From Clostridia bacterium (GTDB lineage Bacteria; Bacillota; Clostridia; Oscillospirales; QAKW01), in contig JAFUNM010000048.1 of assembly GCA_017482195.1 (NCBI GenBank), positions 1 to 56,757 of the forward strand: DNA of 56,757 nucleotides, given 5' to 3'. Made by a program: the position numbers and the translations under genes. Below the pieces are notes generated by a model. It was not told where the DNA came from, made no database searches, and saw only the letters and a list, made by a program, of their open reading frames with translations. Below, one piece after another: positions 33,492 to 44,134 of this stretch; the stretch's first letter is position 1; each line of letters opens with the position of its first letter.

Positions 33492-34139
33492 TTAAAACTC
33501 ATATTCACAATGCTTTAAAAATTCCTTGGCAATGAGAGTGGCCCCCACCGGATTGGGATGAACCCGATCCCAGGCAATATAGGCGGAGTGATGATACTTG
33601 AAATACTCATCAAACATCGCCTGCAGATCGATGAACACGCAGCCGTATTCTTCTGCTAATTTCTTGCATATTGCGCCGTATTCATCCATGCGGGCCCGCA
33701 TGGGATCGTCAGGGTTGGGTTCCATATAATAAGGAGTCATCAAAAAGACACCCTTCACCTTACCCTTAAGGCTTTCCAGCATGGCACGTATATTCTGCGC
33801 ATATTCCTCCGGCATGACCTGCTCATCGGGGATCGCCGGAGAATCAAACTGCCGCCAAACATCGTTGATGCCGATGCAGATATTGACCCATTGGGGGTTC
33901 AGCGACAATACATCCCGCTCCCAACGCTCCAACAGCATCCGGCTGGTATTACCGCCCACCCCGGAATTGGTAACCCGCAGGTGAATCGCGGGATAACTGG
34001 CCGCCAGAAGATTATCGATCATCCGCACAAATCCCTTGCCCAGATTGTCAAACAACCCCTCGCCCACCGGACGGACACTGCCCATATCCGTCACCGAATC
34101 TCCTGCAAAAACAATACGGTCGTGATGCTCAAAAATCAT
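33492..34139 (-). CDS. SGNH/GDSL-family hydrolase
   Basis: Block I is IVFAGDSVTDMG. GVGGNTS and the C-terminal DRVHP block are present. Start at MIFEHHDR. Confidence 0.8.
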   Translation of the reverse strand: MIFEHHDRIVFAGDSVTDMGSVRPVGEGLFDNLGKGFVRMIDNLLAASYPAIHLRVTNSGVGGNTSRMLLERWERDVLSLNPQWVNICIGINDVWRQFDSPAIPDEQVMPEEYAQNIRAMLESLKGKVKGVFLMTPYYMEPNPDDPMRARMDEYGAICKKLAEEYGCVFIDLQAMFDEYFKYHHSAYIAWDRVHPNPVGATLIAKEFLKHCEYEF

Positions 34140-34208
34140 TGAAAAGCCCTCCTCATTTTTCTTTGTTTTCATTTTAAGAAAAAGAGTGCAGGATGTCAAT
34201 GTGTTTTC

Positions 34209-34682
34209 TTATTCAATTTGTGTGATTTCTGCCGCATAGCGGCGGGCGAGGTTTTTCGCCTGTTCACCAAACTCCGCCTCGCAAGAAACAGACAGCTCCA
34301 TCAGCGAGGTGCCGACGGTCAGACTCTTTGCAGCAGGCAGAGCCGCCAAAAGACCGATGATGCGGTCAGAGACCTCCTTGGTCAGCATCTCCCTTGCTGT
34401 GGCCGTGGTAACCGAAACGGTCAATTTGGGGTAGTCTTTCTTCAATAAGGCGGTGAGCTCTTCCCCTTCCGCCGGGAGTTCCATGGCCGCCAGGGCGGAG
34501 GCCCCTTTCGCTGTGCAAATACTATCGATCAGTCGGCAGGAAAGTCCCGCTAAGATCTTACCCAAAACGGCGGTGCCCTCCTTTCCGGACACCTCGATCT
34601 CATAGACCGGCAGGGTACATTTTTCCCGTGCTGTATTCAACCGAAAGGTGTATTCTTTCATTTCAGTTTTTTCTTGCTTCAT
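34209..34682 (-). CDS. Hypothetical protein (157 aa)
   Basis: Track ORF with SD AAAGGAA. I recognise no motif. Confidence 0.45.
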   Translation of the reverse strand: MKQEKTEMKEYTFRLNTAREKCTLPVYEIEVSGKEGTAVLGKILAGLSCRLIDSICTAKGASALAAMELPAEGEELTALLKKDYPKLTVSVTTATAREMLTKEVSDRIIGLLAALPAAKSLTVGTSLMELSVSCEAEFGEQAKNLARRYAAEITQIE

Positions 34683-35769
34683 GTTGCGTTCCTTTCTCTA
34701 ATAATCCCATCAGCAGCAACCCCCCGCCGATGATGCAAAGGGCAACGGCGAGTCCCAGCTTTTTTGCTGCAAAGCTCCAAAAAAGGGCGCCGACGGGCAT
34801 GGCTCCTACCGTTACCACTGTATAAAGCCCCATGACCGAGGTGATCTCTTCCTTTTCAGCCTTACCGGAAAGACCCACGGAGGCGGTGGCAAAATACCAA
34901 AAATCTAAAACGCCGTAGAGGAAGATACAGATCCCCTGCAGCCAGATGTTGGGCAGAACAGCCAAGGCCAGATTGAGAGCGCCCATTCCCGGCAGAAAGA
35001 CCTCCGGCGACAGTTCTTTCTTGATTTTTGATTTTAAGAAAAAGCCAAAAAGAGCCCCGCCGCCCAAAAGGCCCATGGCCAGACCGTAAGACCCGCTGCC
35101 AAGGCCCGCCTCCTTCACCAGCGCCACAAAGGTCACATTGTAATTCACGCCGAAAAAAGAGGTGAGAAAAATACGCGTCAGGGCCGGCAGCCATCGCCGT
35201 ACCTTGGTTTTTTTGCTCCTGCTCGGAGCGGGGAGCTTCAAAAAGCAAAGCAGGATCACCGACGGAATAAAAGAGCAGAAATTCACCAGAAACGGAACCG
35301 CGGCACCCCACTTGGCATAAAGAAGTCCTCCCAAGATGGGGCCCAGCCCCCTTGCGGCATAGGTGACCACCGTCAACAGTGCCGTTCCTTTAGAAAGCTC
35401 TTTGGCAAGTCTGCGGGGCAGGCTTTGATAAATCGGCGTCTGAAAGGCGCGCACCACACCCCACACACTACCGAAGATCAGTAAAAAAGGAAAACTCAGC
35501 CAATCCCGCGCCGCCGCCTGCCAAAGTAAAAAGGAAAGGCCCGCCAACACCACCTCGCTGGCAACGAGCCAGCCCTTTTGCGGGCGCTTATCCAGCCAGC
35601 GGCCGAAGGGATAGGAAAGCACCGCCACCGGCAGGTAGCAAGCGATCATATAAGCGGAAAGACTGTATAATCCTCCGCTCAGAGAGGCCGCAACCCAAGA
35701 AAGCACCAACGTCTGCACATACCCGCCCGTCAGCGAGCAGGCTTGGGCGATGAGTAATAAAATGAACAT
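34663..35769 (-). CDS. MFS transporter
   Basis: About 12 hydrophobic segments with an MFS-like loop GRWLDKRPQKG. The ATG sits 4 nt after the trmL terminator T-run and has no SD. Confidence 0.7.
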   Translation of the reverse strand: MFILLLIAQACSLTGGYVQTLVLSWVAASLSGGLYSLSAYMIACYLPVAVLSYPFGRWLDKRPQKGWLVASEVVLAGLSFLLWQAAARDWLSFPFLLIFGSVWGVVRAFQTPIYQSLPRRLAKELSKGTALLTVVTYAARGLGPILGGLLYAKWGAAVPFLVNFCSFIPSVILLCFLKLPAPSRSKKTKVRRWLPALTRIFLTSFFGVNYNVTFVALVKEAGLGSGSYGLAMGLLGGGALFGFFLKSKIKKELSPEVFLPGMGALNLALAVLPNIWLQGICIFLYGVLDFWYFATASVGLSGKAEKEEITSVMGLYTVVTVGAMPVGALFWSFAAKKLGLAVALCIIGGGLLLMGLLEKGTQHEARKN

Positions 35770-35773
35770 AAAA

Positions 35774-35810
35774 AAGCCACACCTCTTTAAAAGAAGTGTG
35801 GCTTTATTTT
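35774..35810 (-). terminator. Rho-independent terminator after trmL
   Basis: gccacac pairs with gtgtggc, and on the minus strand the stem is followed by TTTTTT. Confidence 0.6.
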
Positions 35811-35811
35811 T

Positions 35812-36312
35812 TCAATCTATGCGTCCGGTCAGTTCGCCTTCCAATTTTAAAGCCTCAAAATTTTGCTGACGCAGAGCCTCATAGCAAATGATGGCCACTG
35901 AATTGGAGAGATTAAGGCTTCTGGCCTCGGCGATCATGGGAATACGAATACATTCCTCCGGGTGCTGCTTTAAGATCCGCTCGGGCAGACCTCTTGTTTC
36001 TCTGCCAAAGATAAAATAAAGATCCTCTTTGGTATCATAGTCCATTTCGCTGTATGTATGCTTGGCCTTGGTGGTACAAAAATACTTTCTGCCCATCCCC
36101 TGTGTTGCAGCCTCGAATTCTTCATAGCTTTTATGGACAGTAAGGTTCAGATATTTCCAATAGTCAAGACCCGCTCTGCGGACGGCCTTTTCGTCGATGG
36201 AAAAGCCCAGCGGCTCTACCAAATGCAAAGCACAGCCCGTGGCGGCGCAGGTGCGGGAGATATTGCCGGTATTCTGAGGAATCTCCGGCTCTACTAATAC
36301 AATATGAATCAT
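35812..36312 (-). CDS. trmL: tRNA (cytidine/uridine-2'-O-)-methyltransferase TrmL (SpoU family)
   Basis: MIHIVLVEPEIPQNTGNISRTCAATG is present, along with the C-terminal SLNLSNSVAI knot motif. Start at ATG 36312 behind AGGAAG. Confidence 0.85.
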   Translation of the reverse strand: MIHIVLVEPEIPQNTGNISRTCAATGCALHLVEPLGFSIDEKAVRRAGLDYWKYLNLTVHKSYEEFEAATQGMGRKYFCTTKAKHTYSEMDYDTKEDLYFIFGRETRGLPERILKQHPEECIRIPMIAEARSLNLSNSVAIICYEALRQQNFEALKLEGELTGRID

Positions 36313-36423
36313 TGTGATCACTTCCTAACCTGCTCATCTTATCATAATAGCAAAAAAATTTCAATCATATAATAAAAAGAAACTGTCAATAATATCCTTA
36401 GAATTTGAGTTGGAGGGAGCATT

Positions 36424-38787
36424 ATGGAACGATTTTCAAAACTGGCCGCCCATGCCTTGGAACGCAGTCTTTCGGGCGCGGAGGAGCTGGGTCATACCTA
36501 TTTGGGCAGCGAGCATCTGCTATTGGGACTCATTAAAGAAAACGAGGGCGTTGCCTCCCGGATGCTGATCTCCAAGGGCATTACCGCCGACAAGGTTTTA
36601 AACGGTATCCGCAAACAGATGGGCACCGGTACACCGACCCTGCTCTCCATCAACGACATGACCCCCCGTCTGGAAGGGATCATTACAAAGGCGGGAGAAA
36701 TCGCCCACCGCTACGGCTTTTCGGTGGTAGGCACCGACCATCTTCTGATGGCCCTTTGCGAAGCGCCGGAGGCGGCGGGTTATAAGCTGCTCTCCTCCTT
36801 AAACTGTGAGCCACGCAAGCTCTCGGCGGCACTGCAGGAGCGGATGGGACTGTGCGACCTGCCGCTCCAATCGGAGCGCACTAAGACCCGTCCGGGCAAA
36901 AACATGATGAAATTCTCCATCAATCTTACCAAAGAGGGTGCGCTCAGCCACACCAATCCCCTTATCGGTCGGGAAAAAGAACTGAATCAACTGATGAGTA
37001 TTTTAGTCCGTCGCAATAAAAATAACCCCTGTCTCATCGGAGAACCGGGGGTGGGAAAGACGGTGATCGTGGAGGGTCTGGCACGTAAGATTCTGCTGGG
37101 CGAGGTACCCGCCGCCTTAAAAGATGTACAGATCCATATGCTGGATCTCACCGCCATGATCGCCGGCACCAAATACCGAGGCGAATTTGAAGAGCGGCTG
37201 AAAGCGCTTCTGGAGGAGGCTGAAAAGGATCCCAATATGGTGCTCTTTATCGACGAGATGCATGTTTTAGTGGGAGCCGGCGCTGCCGAGGGTGCCATTG
37301 ATGCGGCCAATATCCTGAAACCGGCCCTGGCACGGGGCAAGATCAAGGTCATCGGCGCCACCACCCTGGAGGAGTACCGCCGCCACATCGAAAAAGACGG
37401 CGCTTTGGAGCGCCGTTTTGCCCCCATTCAGGTAGAGGAGCCCAGCGAAGAAGAAACGCTGGAAATTTTAGAGGGCATCCGCACCGGCTTTGAAAAGCAC
37501 CACAGTGTCCGCTATCCCAAGGAAACTCTTTTAGCCGCTATCCGCCTTTCTTCCCGCTATATGGGCGATCGCTTTTTACCGGATAAGGCCATCGACCTTC
37601 TGGACGAAGCAGGCGCCAAGGAGCAGCTGCGTTCGTTTACGGAAAATAAGCAAAACAAGCGTGGCCAGATCCTCCAAAAGCAATTGGAGCTGGAGCGGCT
37701 GATGCGTACCCGCCAATTCACCGCCGCCCTGGCGCTCCGGGATGAGCTGGAGCAATTGCAGACCCTCCAGCGGCAGGAACATAAAACCCCCATCGGCACA
37801 GTGACCCCGGAGCACATCGCCGCCCTGGTAGCCGAAAAGACCGGCATCCCCCTGGAGGGCGGCGAGGATGCGATGTATTTAGGTCTTTCTACCCGGCTCA
37901 ATGATGCTCTCATCGGTCAGGAGGAGGGTGTCGAGACCCTCTGCTCCGCCCTCCTGCGCAGCCGCACCGGTGTGGCGGATCCCCGCCGCCCGGCCTGCTC
38001 TCTGCTTTTCTGCGGTCCCACCGGCGTGGGCAAAACACAGCTGGCACGGCTTTTAGCCAAAGAGTTGTTCGGCAAGGAGGACGCCCTGATCAAATACGAC
38101 ATGGGGGAATATATGGAGCCCCATTCCGTTTCCCGTCTCATCGGTTCTCCGCCGGGATATGTAGGCTTTGAGGAGGGCGGGGGCTTAGTCACCCGTATGC
38201 GCACCCACCCCTATTCCATTCTGGTCTTTGACGAGATCGAAAAGGCGCACAAGGATGTTTTGCACATCCTTCTCAATATTTTAGATGAAGGAAAACTCAC
38301 CGACGGTCATGGCCGGGTAGCCAATTTCCGTAATGCGATCATTATTCTTACTTCTAATTTAGGCAGCGATTCCCTAAAAGAGGTCTCCCTGGGATTTGGC
38401 GAAGGCTCTGCCGCCGACCTGCAAAAAAGCGTGAAGCGGGCGGTAGAGAAGGCTTTTTTGCCGGAATTTGTCAATCGTTTGGATGAGATCGTGGTTTTTC
38501 GCCCCTTAGAACAGTCCGCACTCCAACGGGTGGCCGCCCTTCAGCTGCAGGAGCTTTCCGCAAGGCTCGAGGAAAAAGGGATATCTGTGAAATTCCATGA
38601 GGACGTGGCCAAGGCCACCGCAGAGCAGGGCTTCGATAAGCGCTACGGTGCACGGGCCGTCCGCCGTCTCATTGAACGGGAAGTCGGCGGCACACTCGCC
38701 CGCATGCTGGCCGAGGGAGAGCTCCCCGAGGGAATGCTGACGGCCGAGATGCTGCTGCCGGAATGTAAAGTTTGCCAAAGCCGTTGA
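36424..38787 (+). CDS. clpC: ATP-dependent Clp protease ATP-binding subunit (ClpC-like AAA+ chaperone)
   Basis: Two Clp_N repeats (GSEHLLLGL, GTDHLLMAL) and two Walker A motifs (GEPGVGKT, GPTGVGKT). Confidence 0.85.
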   Translation: MERFSKLAAHALERSLSGAEELGHTYLGSEHLLLGLIKENEGVASRMLISKGITADKVLNGIRKQMGTGTPTLLSINDMTPRLEGIITKAGEIAHRYGFSVVGTDHLLMALCEAPEAAGYKLLSSLNCEPRKLSAALQERMGLCDLPLQSERTKTRPGKNMMKFSINLTKEGALSHTNPLIGREKELNQLMSILVRRNKNNPCLIGEPGVGKTVIVEGLARKILLGEVPAALKDVQIHMLDLTAMIAGTKYRGEFEERLKALLEEAEKDPNMVLFIDEMHVLVGAGAAEGAIDAANILKPALARGKIKVIGATTLEEYRRHIEKDGALERRFAPIQVEEPSEEETLEILEGIRTGFEKHHSVRYPKETLLAAIRLSSRYMGDRFLPDKAIDLLDEAGAKEQLRSFTENKQNKRGQILQKQLELERLMRTRQFTAALALRDELEQLQTLQRQEHKTPIGTVTPEHIAALVAEKTGIPLEGGEDAMYLGLSTRLNDALIGQEEGVETLCSALLRSRTGVADPRRPACSLLFCGPTGVGKTQLARLLAKELFGKEDALIKYDMGEYMEPHSVSRLIGSPPGYVGFEEGGGLVTRMRTHPYSILVFDEIEKAHKDVLHILLNILDEGKLTDGHGRVANFRNAIIILTSNLGSDSLKEVSLGFGEGSAADLQKSVKRAVEKAFLPEFVNRLDEIVVFRPLEQSALQRVAALQLQELSARLEEKGISVKFHEDVAKATAEQGFDKRYGARAVRRLIEREVGGTLARMLAEGELPEGMLTAEMLLPECKVCQSR

Positions 38788-38815
38788 CTTCCTATTATAA
38801 AAACGGTAAAATAAA

Positions 38816-38845
38816 GAAAAACGCCCCGGCTTGCCGGGGCATTTT
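38816..38845 (+). terminator. Rho-independent terminator
   Basis: gccccgg pairs with ccggggc and is followed by ATTTT. Confidence 0.6.
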
Positions 38846-38859
38846 AAAAGGAGATATCC

Positions 38860-40128
38860 ATGAAGTTAAATTATAAAAGAACCTTTCTGGTGGGTCTGGC
38901 CTTCATGGCCATCAGCAGCTTCTGGCAGCTCTATAACAATGCCGTTCCTCTGATGCTCAAGGAGACCTTCGGTGTTTCCGACGATATCAGCGGCTATGTG
39001 ATGGCAGCTGACAATATGTTGGCGGTCTTTCTGTTGCCCTTTTTCGGCGCCCTGTCCGACAAGGTGCGTACCCCCTTCGGTAAGCGCAAGCCCTTTATTA
39101 TCATCGGCTCCTGTCTTGCGGCAGTCATCATGCTGCTGATCCCCTTTGCCAATAACACCAAAAATCTGCCCCTTTTTGTGGTCGTTTTAGGGTTGCTGCT
39201 TTTGGTAATGGGTTCCTACCGCTCCCCGGCGGTGGCGCTGATGCCGGATGTGACCCCTAAGCCTTTGAGAAGTAAGGGCAATGCCGTGATCAATTTGATG
39301 GGTGCTTTAGGCGGCATTATGACCTATCTGATCATCGCCGTATTTGTAACCGACAATTCCATGGGCAGCTATACCACCGTATTCGGCATCGTTGCCGGCT
39401 TTATGGTGGCCTGCGCCATTATCTTAGGCCTCACCATCCACGAAAACAAGCTGGTGGCTGAGATGCCCCCTGAACCCGCCGAGGAGACTCCTGCCGGCGA
39501 GAAAAAGCCCATGCCCAAAGAGGTACGCAAGAGCCTGATCTTCATTCTGCTTTCCGTTTCTTTTTGGTTTATGGCCTATAATGCAGTAGAGACCGCCTAC
39601 TCCCGCTATGTACAGGAGGTCTGGGGACTGAGCCAGAGCACCGGGGCGACCATGATGATCATCGCCATGCTGGTGGCCACCGCCAGTTATATCCCCGTCG
39701 GGCAGATCTCTGCTAAGATCGGCAGAAAGAAGGTCATTTTAGGCGGTGTGACCCTGTTGGCCGCAGCCTTTCTCACCGGCTTTATTATGCCGGGCTACAG
39801 CATTGTTGCCTATATCATCATGGGTGTGATCGGCATCGGGTGGGCTGCCATCAATGTCAACTCCTATCCCATGGTAGTGGAGATGAGTAAGGGCAGCAAT
39901 GTGGGCAAATACACCGGTCTTTATTATACCTTCTCCATGTCTGCCCAGATCCTCACTCCCATTCTCTCCGGTTACCTCTTCGCCTATTTGCCCTGGGGTT
40001 ATAAAGTGATGTTTCCCTATGCGCTGGGCTTTTCCATTCTGGCATTCATTACCATGTCCTTTGTGAAACACGGCGACAACCGCCCCGATATGAAGGACGG
40101 CCTGGACGCCTTTGATGTGGAGGATTAA
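38860..40128 (+). CDS. MFS transporter (GPH-like)
   Basis: 12 predicted TM segments and the motif GALSDKVRTPFGKRKPF. SD AAAGGAG is present. Confidence 0.8.
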   Translation: MKLNYKRTFLVGLAFMAISSFWQLYNNAVPLMLKETFGVSDDISGYVMAADNMLAVFLLPFFGALSDKVRTPFGKRKPFIIIGSCLAAVIMLLIPFANNTKNLPLFVVVLGLLLLVMGSYRSPAVALMPDVTPKPLRSKGNAVINLMGALGGIMTYLIIAVFVTDNSMGSYTTVFGIVAGFMVACAIILGLTIHENKLVAEMPPEPAEETPAGEKKPMPKEVRKSLIFILLSVSFWFMAYNAVETAYSRYVQEVWGLSQSTGATMMIIAMLVATASYIPVGQISAKIGRKKVILGGVTLLAAAFLTGFIMPGYSIVAYIIMGVIGIGWAAINVNSYPMVVEMSKGSNVGKYTGLYYTFSMSAQILTPILSGYLFAYLPWGYKVMFPYALGFSILAFITMSFVKHGDNRPDMKDGLDAFDVED

Positions 40129-40131
40129 AAT

Positions 40132-40962
40132 ATGATCCTTTTGATACTGCTTGCTGCTGTCGCGCTGCTTTTGCTCTTTATGATCGCACCCCGCCTGACC
40201 CATCCCGCTCAAATGCGTGGCCTGCAAAAGGCGCGCTTTGCCCATCGGGGACTTCATAACATTAAGATCGGCGTTCCCGAAAACTCCATGCTTGCCTTTT
40301 CCCTTGCGGTGAAAGAGGGTTTTGGTATCGAATTGGATGTCCATTTAAGCAAAGACGGAAAATTAGTCGTTGAACACGACGATACCCTGCAGCGTACTGC
40401 CGGAGTCCCGCTGGTCATCGAAAAGTGCGATTGGACGGAGATCAAGGATCTGACCTTAGAGGGCACCGAAGAAAAACTCCCTCTTTTAACAGACGTTTTT
40501 AAATTGGTAAACGGCAAGGTGCCGCTGCTCATTGAAATGAAAGCGGTGGGCAGCAATCAAAAAGCGCTGGCCGAGGCGGTCGTCCGTGCCCTTGAAACCT
40601 ATCAAGGGCCCTACTGCGTAGAAAGCTTTGACCCCCGCGCCCTCTATTGGCTGAGGAAATTTGCCCCTGATATCGTCCGCGGACAACTGGCGGGCAATGT
40701 GAATAAAAAGAAACGTACCGTGCATCCGGCGGTCAATTTTGCGCTCTCCAACCTTTTGGTAAACGTGCTTTCCCGCCCGGATTTTGTGGCTTACAACTAT
40801 AAGGACCGCCGCAATATTTCCTTCCGACTCTGCCGGACGCTCTACCGCCCGCCCGTCTTTTTCTGGACGGTAAAAACCGCAGAGGGCGAAAACATCGCTG
40901 CCGATGCAAAGGCCACACCTATTTTTGAAAGGCTGGATACCCTTCATGATTCGATTCAATAA
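40132..40962 (+). CDS. Glycerophosphodiester phosphodiesterase (GDPD family) with an N-terminal TM anchor
   Basis: FAHRGL....PENS and [20 protein letters not shown] are catalytic motifs. Confidence 0.8.
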   Translation: MILLILLAAVALLLLFMIAPRLTHPAQMRGLQKARFAHRGLHNIKIGVPENSMLAFSLAVKEGFGIELDVHLSKDGKLVVEHDDTLQRTAGVPLVIEKCDWTEIKDLTLEGTEEKLPLLTDVFKLVNGKVPLLIEMKAVGSNQKALAEAVVRALETYQGPYCVESFDPRALYWLRKFAPDIVRGQLAGNVNKKKRTVHPAVNFALSNLLVNVLSRPDFVAYNYKDRRNISFRLCRTLYRPPVFFWTVKTAEGENIAADAKATPIFERLDTLHDSIQ

Positions 40963-41980
40963 TGACTATAACCGGGGGGCTCACCCCGCTGTTTTAGAGG
41001 CACTCAACGCCGCCAACACCCAAAACTACGGCGGCTACGGACTGGACGAGCGGTGCGCGGCGGCTGCGAAAAGCATTCAAATGCATTTGAATTGCCCCGG
41101 AGCCGCCGTTCATTTCCTGGTAGGCGGCACGCAGGTAAACTTCACCGTCATTGCCGCCGCCTTGAGACCCTGGCAGAGTGTTATTGCTGCCGACACCGGC
41201 CATATCCATGTCCATGAGACCGGCGCGGTGGAGCATATCGGCCATAAAATTCAGGCGCTGCCCCACACGGACGGAAAGATCTCCGCCGCGCAGATCAAGG
41301 CAGAAGCCGAACTTTACCGTACCAGCGGCATCAAAGAACATATCACCCATCCCAAGATGGTCTACCTCTCCTATCCCACCGAGTTCGGCACCCTCTATTC
41401 CAAAGAGGAACTGACCGCCATCTCCGCCGTATGTAAAGAATACGGAATGTACTTATTTATTGACGGTGCCCGCCTGGCCTACGGCTTAGGCTCCCCCAAA
41501 GCAGATATCACTTTGGCCGATCTTGCCGCACTCACCGATGCCTTTTATATCGGCGGCACCAAATGCGGTGCCCTTTTCGGCGAGGCGTTGGTGCTGACTA
41601 ATCCTGCTTTGCAGGAGGATTTTCGCAGCAGCATCAAACAAAACGGCGGGATGCTGGCCAAGGGCTGGCTGCTGGGTCTGCAGTTTGAGGCTCTCTTTAA
41701 GGACGGTCTGTACTTTGAACTGGGCAAAAAAGCAACCGCCTATGCCCTGGAGTTCAAGGCCGCCTTTGAAAAAAGGGGGATTCCCGCCTATATTGAGAGC
41801 TTTACGAACCAGCAGTTCGTTATCCTGACTGCCGAGCAGCAAGCTGCTCTGGCCAAGGATTTTACTTTTGAATTTGAGGCTGATCTGGGCGGCGGAAAAG
41901 CGGCGGTACGTTTCTGCACCGCCTGGAGTACCTCACGGGAGGAGGCGGACAAGCTGTTGGCCGCCATTGAAAGGATCTAA
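40949..41980 (+). CDS. Low-specificity threonine aldolase-like PLP enzyme
   Basis: Start at [14 protein letters not shown]. The fold-type-I pattern includes GGTKCG (the PLP Lys). It overlaps the upstream gene by 14 nt. Confidence 0.7.
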   Translation: MRFNNDYNRGAHPAVLEALNAANTQNYGGYGLDERCAAAAKSIQMHLNCPGAAVHFLVGGTQVNFTVIAAALRPWQSVIAADTGHIHVHETGAVEHIGHKIQALPHTDGKISAAQIKAEAELYRTSGIKEHITHPKMVYLSYPTEFGTLYSKEELTAISAVCKEYGMYLFIDGARLAYGLGSPKADITLADLAALTDAFYIGGTKCGALFGEALVLTNPALQEDFRSSIKQNGGMLAKGWLLGLQFEALFKDGLYFELGKKATAYALEFKAAFEKRGIPAYIESFTNQQFVILTAEQQAALAKDFTFEFEADLGGGKAAVRFCTAWSTSREEADKLLAAIERI

Positions 41981-41983
41981 ACT

Positions 41984-42505
41984 ATGAAATATACGCTTTT
42001 ACCCTGGATGAATGTCCTCTCTGCCGGCAGGATCATACCGGCAGTGGGCGGTCTGCTCATTGCCTGGTGTATTTTTGCCGCTCTTTTCAGAAAACTCAAC
42101 GCCTCGGTACGGCGGGGGCATTTTGCCGTGATCGACAACACGCTCTGGCCCCTCCTGCTCAACACGGTGATCTTCACCGTCGCCTTCTGGAACTGGGCCT
42201 TCCCCATAGCCATCGGCGTAAGTCTGCTCTTTCTCTTTGTGATCCGCAACGAGCTCAAACGCTCTTTAGAGGACGAACGGATCGGGATGTTCGGCATGAA
42301 CGCCGAAATGAAACGCCTGCGGGGCGAGGCCTATAATGACCTGTCCATTGAGGAGCAGATGGCCTATAAGGAAAAGGTGACCCCCATCCGCTTCTATTGG
42401 TGGATCTGGCTGCCCCTGGTCGTTCTTCTCCCCTTTTTGCTGATGCTGCTCCTCGAGGCCTTTGGGGTAGGCGATTATCTTTTCCGGATCGTCTATTTTG
42501 AGTAA
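41984..42505 (+). CDS. Hypothetical membrane protein (173 aa, about 4 TM)
   Basis: Track ORF starting 3 nt after the previous stop, with hydrophobic segments. I recognise no family. Confidence 0.5.
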   Translation: MKYTLLPWMNVLSAGRIIPAVGGLLIAWCIFAALFRKLNASVRRGHFAVIDNTLWPLLLNTVIFTVAFWNWAFPIAIGVSLLFLFVIRNELKRSLEDERIGMFGMNAEMKRLRGEAYNDLSIEEQMAYKEKVTPIRFYWWIWLPLVVLLPFLLMLLLEAFGVGDYLFRIVYFE

Positions 42506-42546
42506 GAGAAGGGCGCAGATCCCATTCTTCATCCTTTATTATCCAT

Positions 42547-42576
42547 TAAAAAAGCACCCCGACGGGGTGCTTTTTA
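42547..42576. terminator. Bidirectional hairpin terminator
   Basis: gcacccc (42554-42560) pairs with ggggtgc (42564-42570), flanked by an A-run and a T-run. Confidence 0.8.
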
Positions 42577-42577
42577 T

Positions 42578-43216
42578 TTAAAATTGAAAGGCGTCCTTAA
42601 AAGAATCAATGTAATGCTTACCGGTCGCTTTGATTTCCTCCCACAGTTCTGACTTTTGCTTATCGTAGACCGCGACGGTATCGTAGCCGGCTTTGGTAGA
42701 ATTGATCACCGCGGTGAGATTATCGTCGTAATATGTAATTTCCTCTACCTTAGCACCTAAGACCTCTGCCACCTTCAGAAACAGATCCGGAGAGGATTTG
42801 CTCATCTTGAAGTCCTCCACCGACCAGACATGGTCGAAGAGGTCGTAAACACCGTTGTTTTTCAAACAGGGATCCGTGGCGGGATGGGGGCTGGCCGTCA
42901 ATACAAATAACTTTGCGCCGCCGGCCTTTAAATGCTCTAAATATTCCTTTACGAAGGGCTTGGTTTTTACCTCGGTGGCATAAAGAGGAAAGAGATTATT
43001 CTCGATCTGCTTCACGATCTCCTCCACAGTGCCGGGGATACCGAGGGTCTGGTAATACTCCGCACTCTTGGTATAGCCCAGTGGGGTGAGGATCTCAATC
43101 AAAGTATCATCATATTCCATTCCGGCATCGTCTGCCACCTTTAAGATGCCTTTAGAAAAGGTGGGCATGGAGTCTACCAGGGTACCGTCTAAATCAAAAC
43201 CGTAAAATTTGTTCAT
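42578..43216 (-). CDS. HAD-superfamily hydrolase (subfamily IA-like)
   Basis: Start at MNKFYGFDLDGTLVDS (DxDGT motif I). It is the last gene of the folT operon. Confidence 0.75.
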   Translation of the reverse strand: MNKFYGFDLDGTLVDSMPTFSKGILKVADDAGMEYDDTLIEILTPLGYTKSAEYYQTLGIPGTVEEIVKQIENNLFPLYATEVKTKPFVKEYLEHLKAGGAKLFVLTASPHPATDPCLKNNGVYDLFDHVWSVEDFKMSKSSPDLFLKVAEVLGAKVEEITYYDDNLTAVINSTKAGYDTVAVYDKQKSELWEEIKATGKHYIDSFKDAFQF

Positions 43217-43220
43217 TTCT

Positions 43221-43514
43221 TTATACCTCGTAATCAAAGGATGCTCTGCTGGTTACATTGGGGCGAACCAGTCCGCCGGCAATAGCTTGATGGGCGGGGT
43301 GTGCCTGATAGGCGTCCAGCGCGGCGCGGCTTTCAAACGCGGAGTCCATCATCAGATCTCCGGCGGATCCCTCGAATCCTTCGGTGAGGATCTTCATGGA
43401 AAGCAGTCCGTCGATCTTCCCGACCAGTCCTTCCAAGTCCCTTTTGATCTCCGCCTTTACAGCCTCCTTGTCGATCTCCTCTTTCAGCGTCCAAATAATC
43501 ATATGTTTAACCAT
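43221..43514 (-). CDS. Dabb-family (stress-responsive alpha/beta barrel) protein
   Basis: Start at MVKHMIIWTLKEE behind AAGGAG. About 97 aa with the typical Dabb pattern and H..H near the C-terminus. Confidence 0.7.
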   Translation of the reverse strand: MVKHMIIWTLKEEIDKEAVKAEIKRDLEGLVGKIDGLLSMKILTEGFEGSAGDLMMDSAFESRAALDAYQAHPAHQAIAGGLVRPNVTSRASFDYEV

Positions 43515-44130
43515 TGTTTTTCTCCTTCTTGGCAAAAAAAGTCAGCCTTGCCAGCTCCCGCTCACTATGGGCGGGTAACAGTTTCATTTTTGCAAAAGGC
43601 GGGATCACCAGAGCAAAAAACACCGCCATGATCAACACCTCAATGGGCAACAGCAAGGTGTTTTTCACCAGGCTGCTCCAAAGATAATAAAGATAGCCCC
43701 TGCCATAAAGCAATGCGCTCCATAATGCGTTCAGCAGCACATGACAAAAATAATTAGTGCAGACCTTGGCGCAAAAGAGCTTGGCCACGGTAATCTTTTG
43801 CCGGTATAAAAAGAGGCCGTAGAGCAATGAAACCAATACTTCGGTCAGCATATAACCGGGGAAATAGGCATAGCCGGTATTTGCAATAAAGAAGCACAGG
43901 GTGTCCACCACCGCTGCCATCAGCATGCCGGTCACCGGCCCGTAGACCGCACAACCGAATGCAATGATAAAGAAGGTCATCTTGATCTCCAGACCTTGCA
44001 TCAGAGGAATGCGGGCAACGCCGTCCAGCGCCACGGTGATGGCACAAATCAGGGCGGCGAAGGCCAGCTTGCGAATGTCCTTGAGCTCTCTTGCGGAGCT
44101 CAGCCAATACTCTTTTTTAAAAATGTTCAT
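43507..44130 (-). CDS. folT: Folate-family ECF transporter S component
   Basis: Start at MNIFKKEYW. About 6 TM segments. It is preceded directly by a THF riboswitch. Confidence 0.75.
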   Translation of the reverse strand: MNIFKKEYWLSSARELKDIRKLAFAALICAITVALDGVARIPLMQGLEIKMTFFIIAFGCAVYGPVTGMLMAAVVDTLCFFIANTGYAYFPGYMLTEVLVSLLYGLFLYRQKITVAKLFCAKVCTNYFCHVLLNALWSALLYGRGYLYYLWSSLVKNTLLLPIEVLIMAVFFALVIPPFAKMKLLPAHSERELARLTFFAKKEKNNG

Positions 44131-44134
44131 AGAA

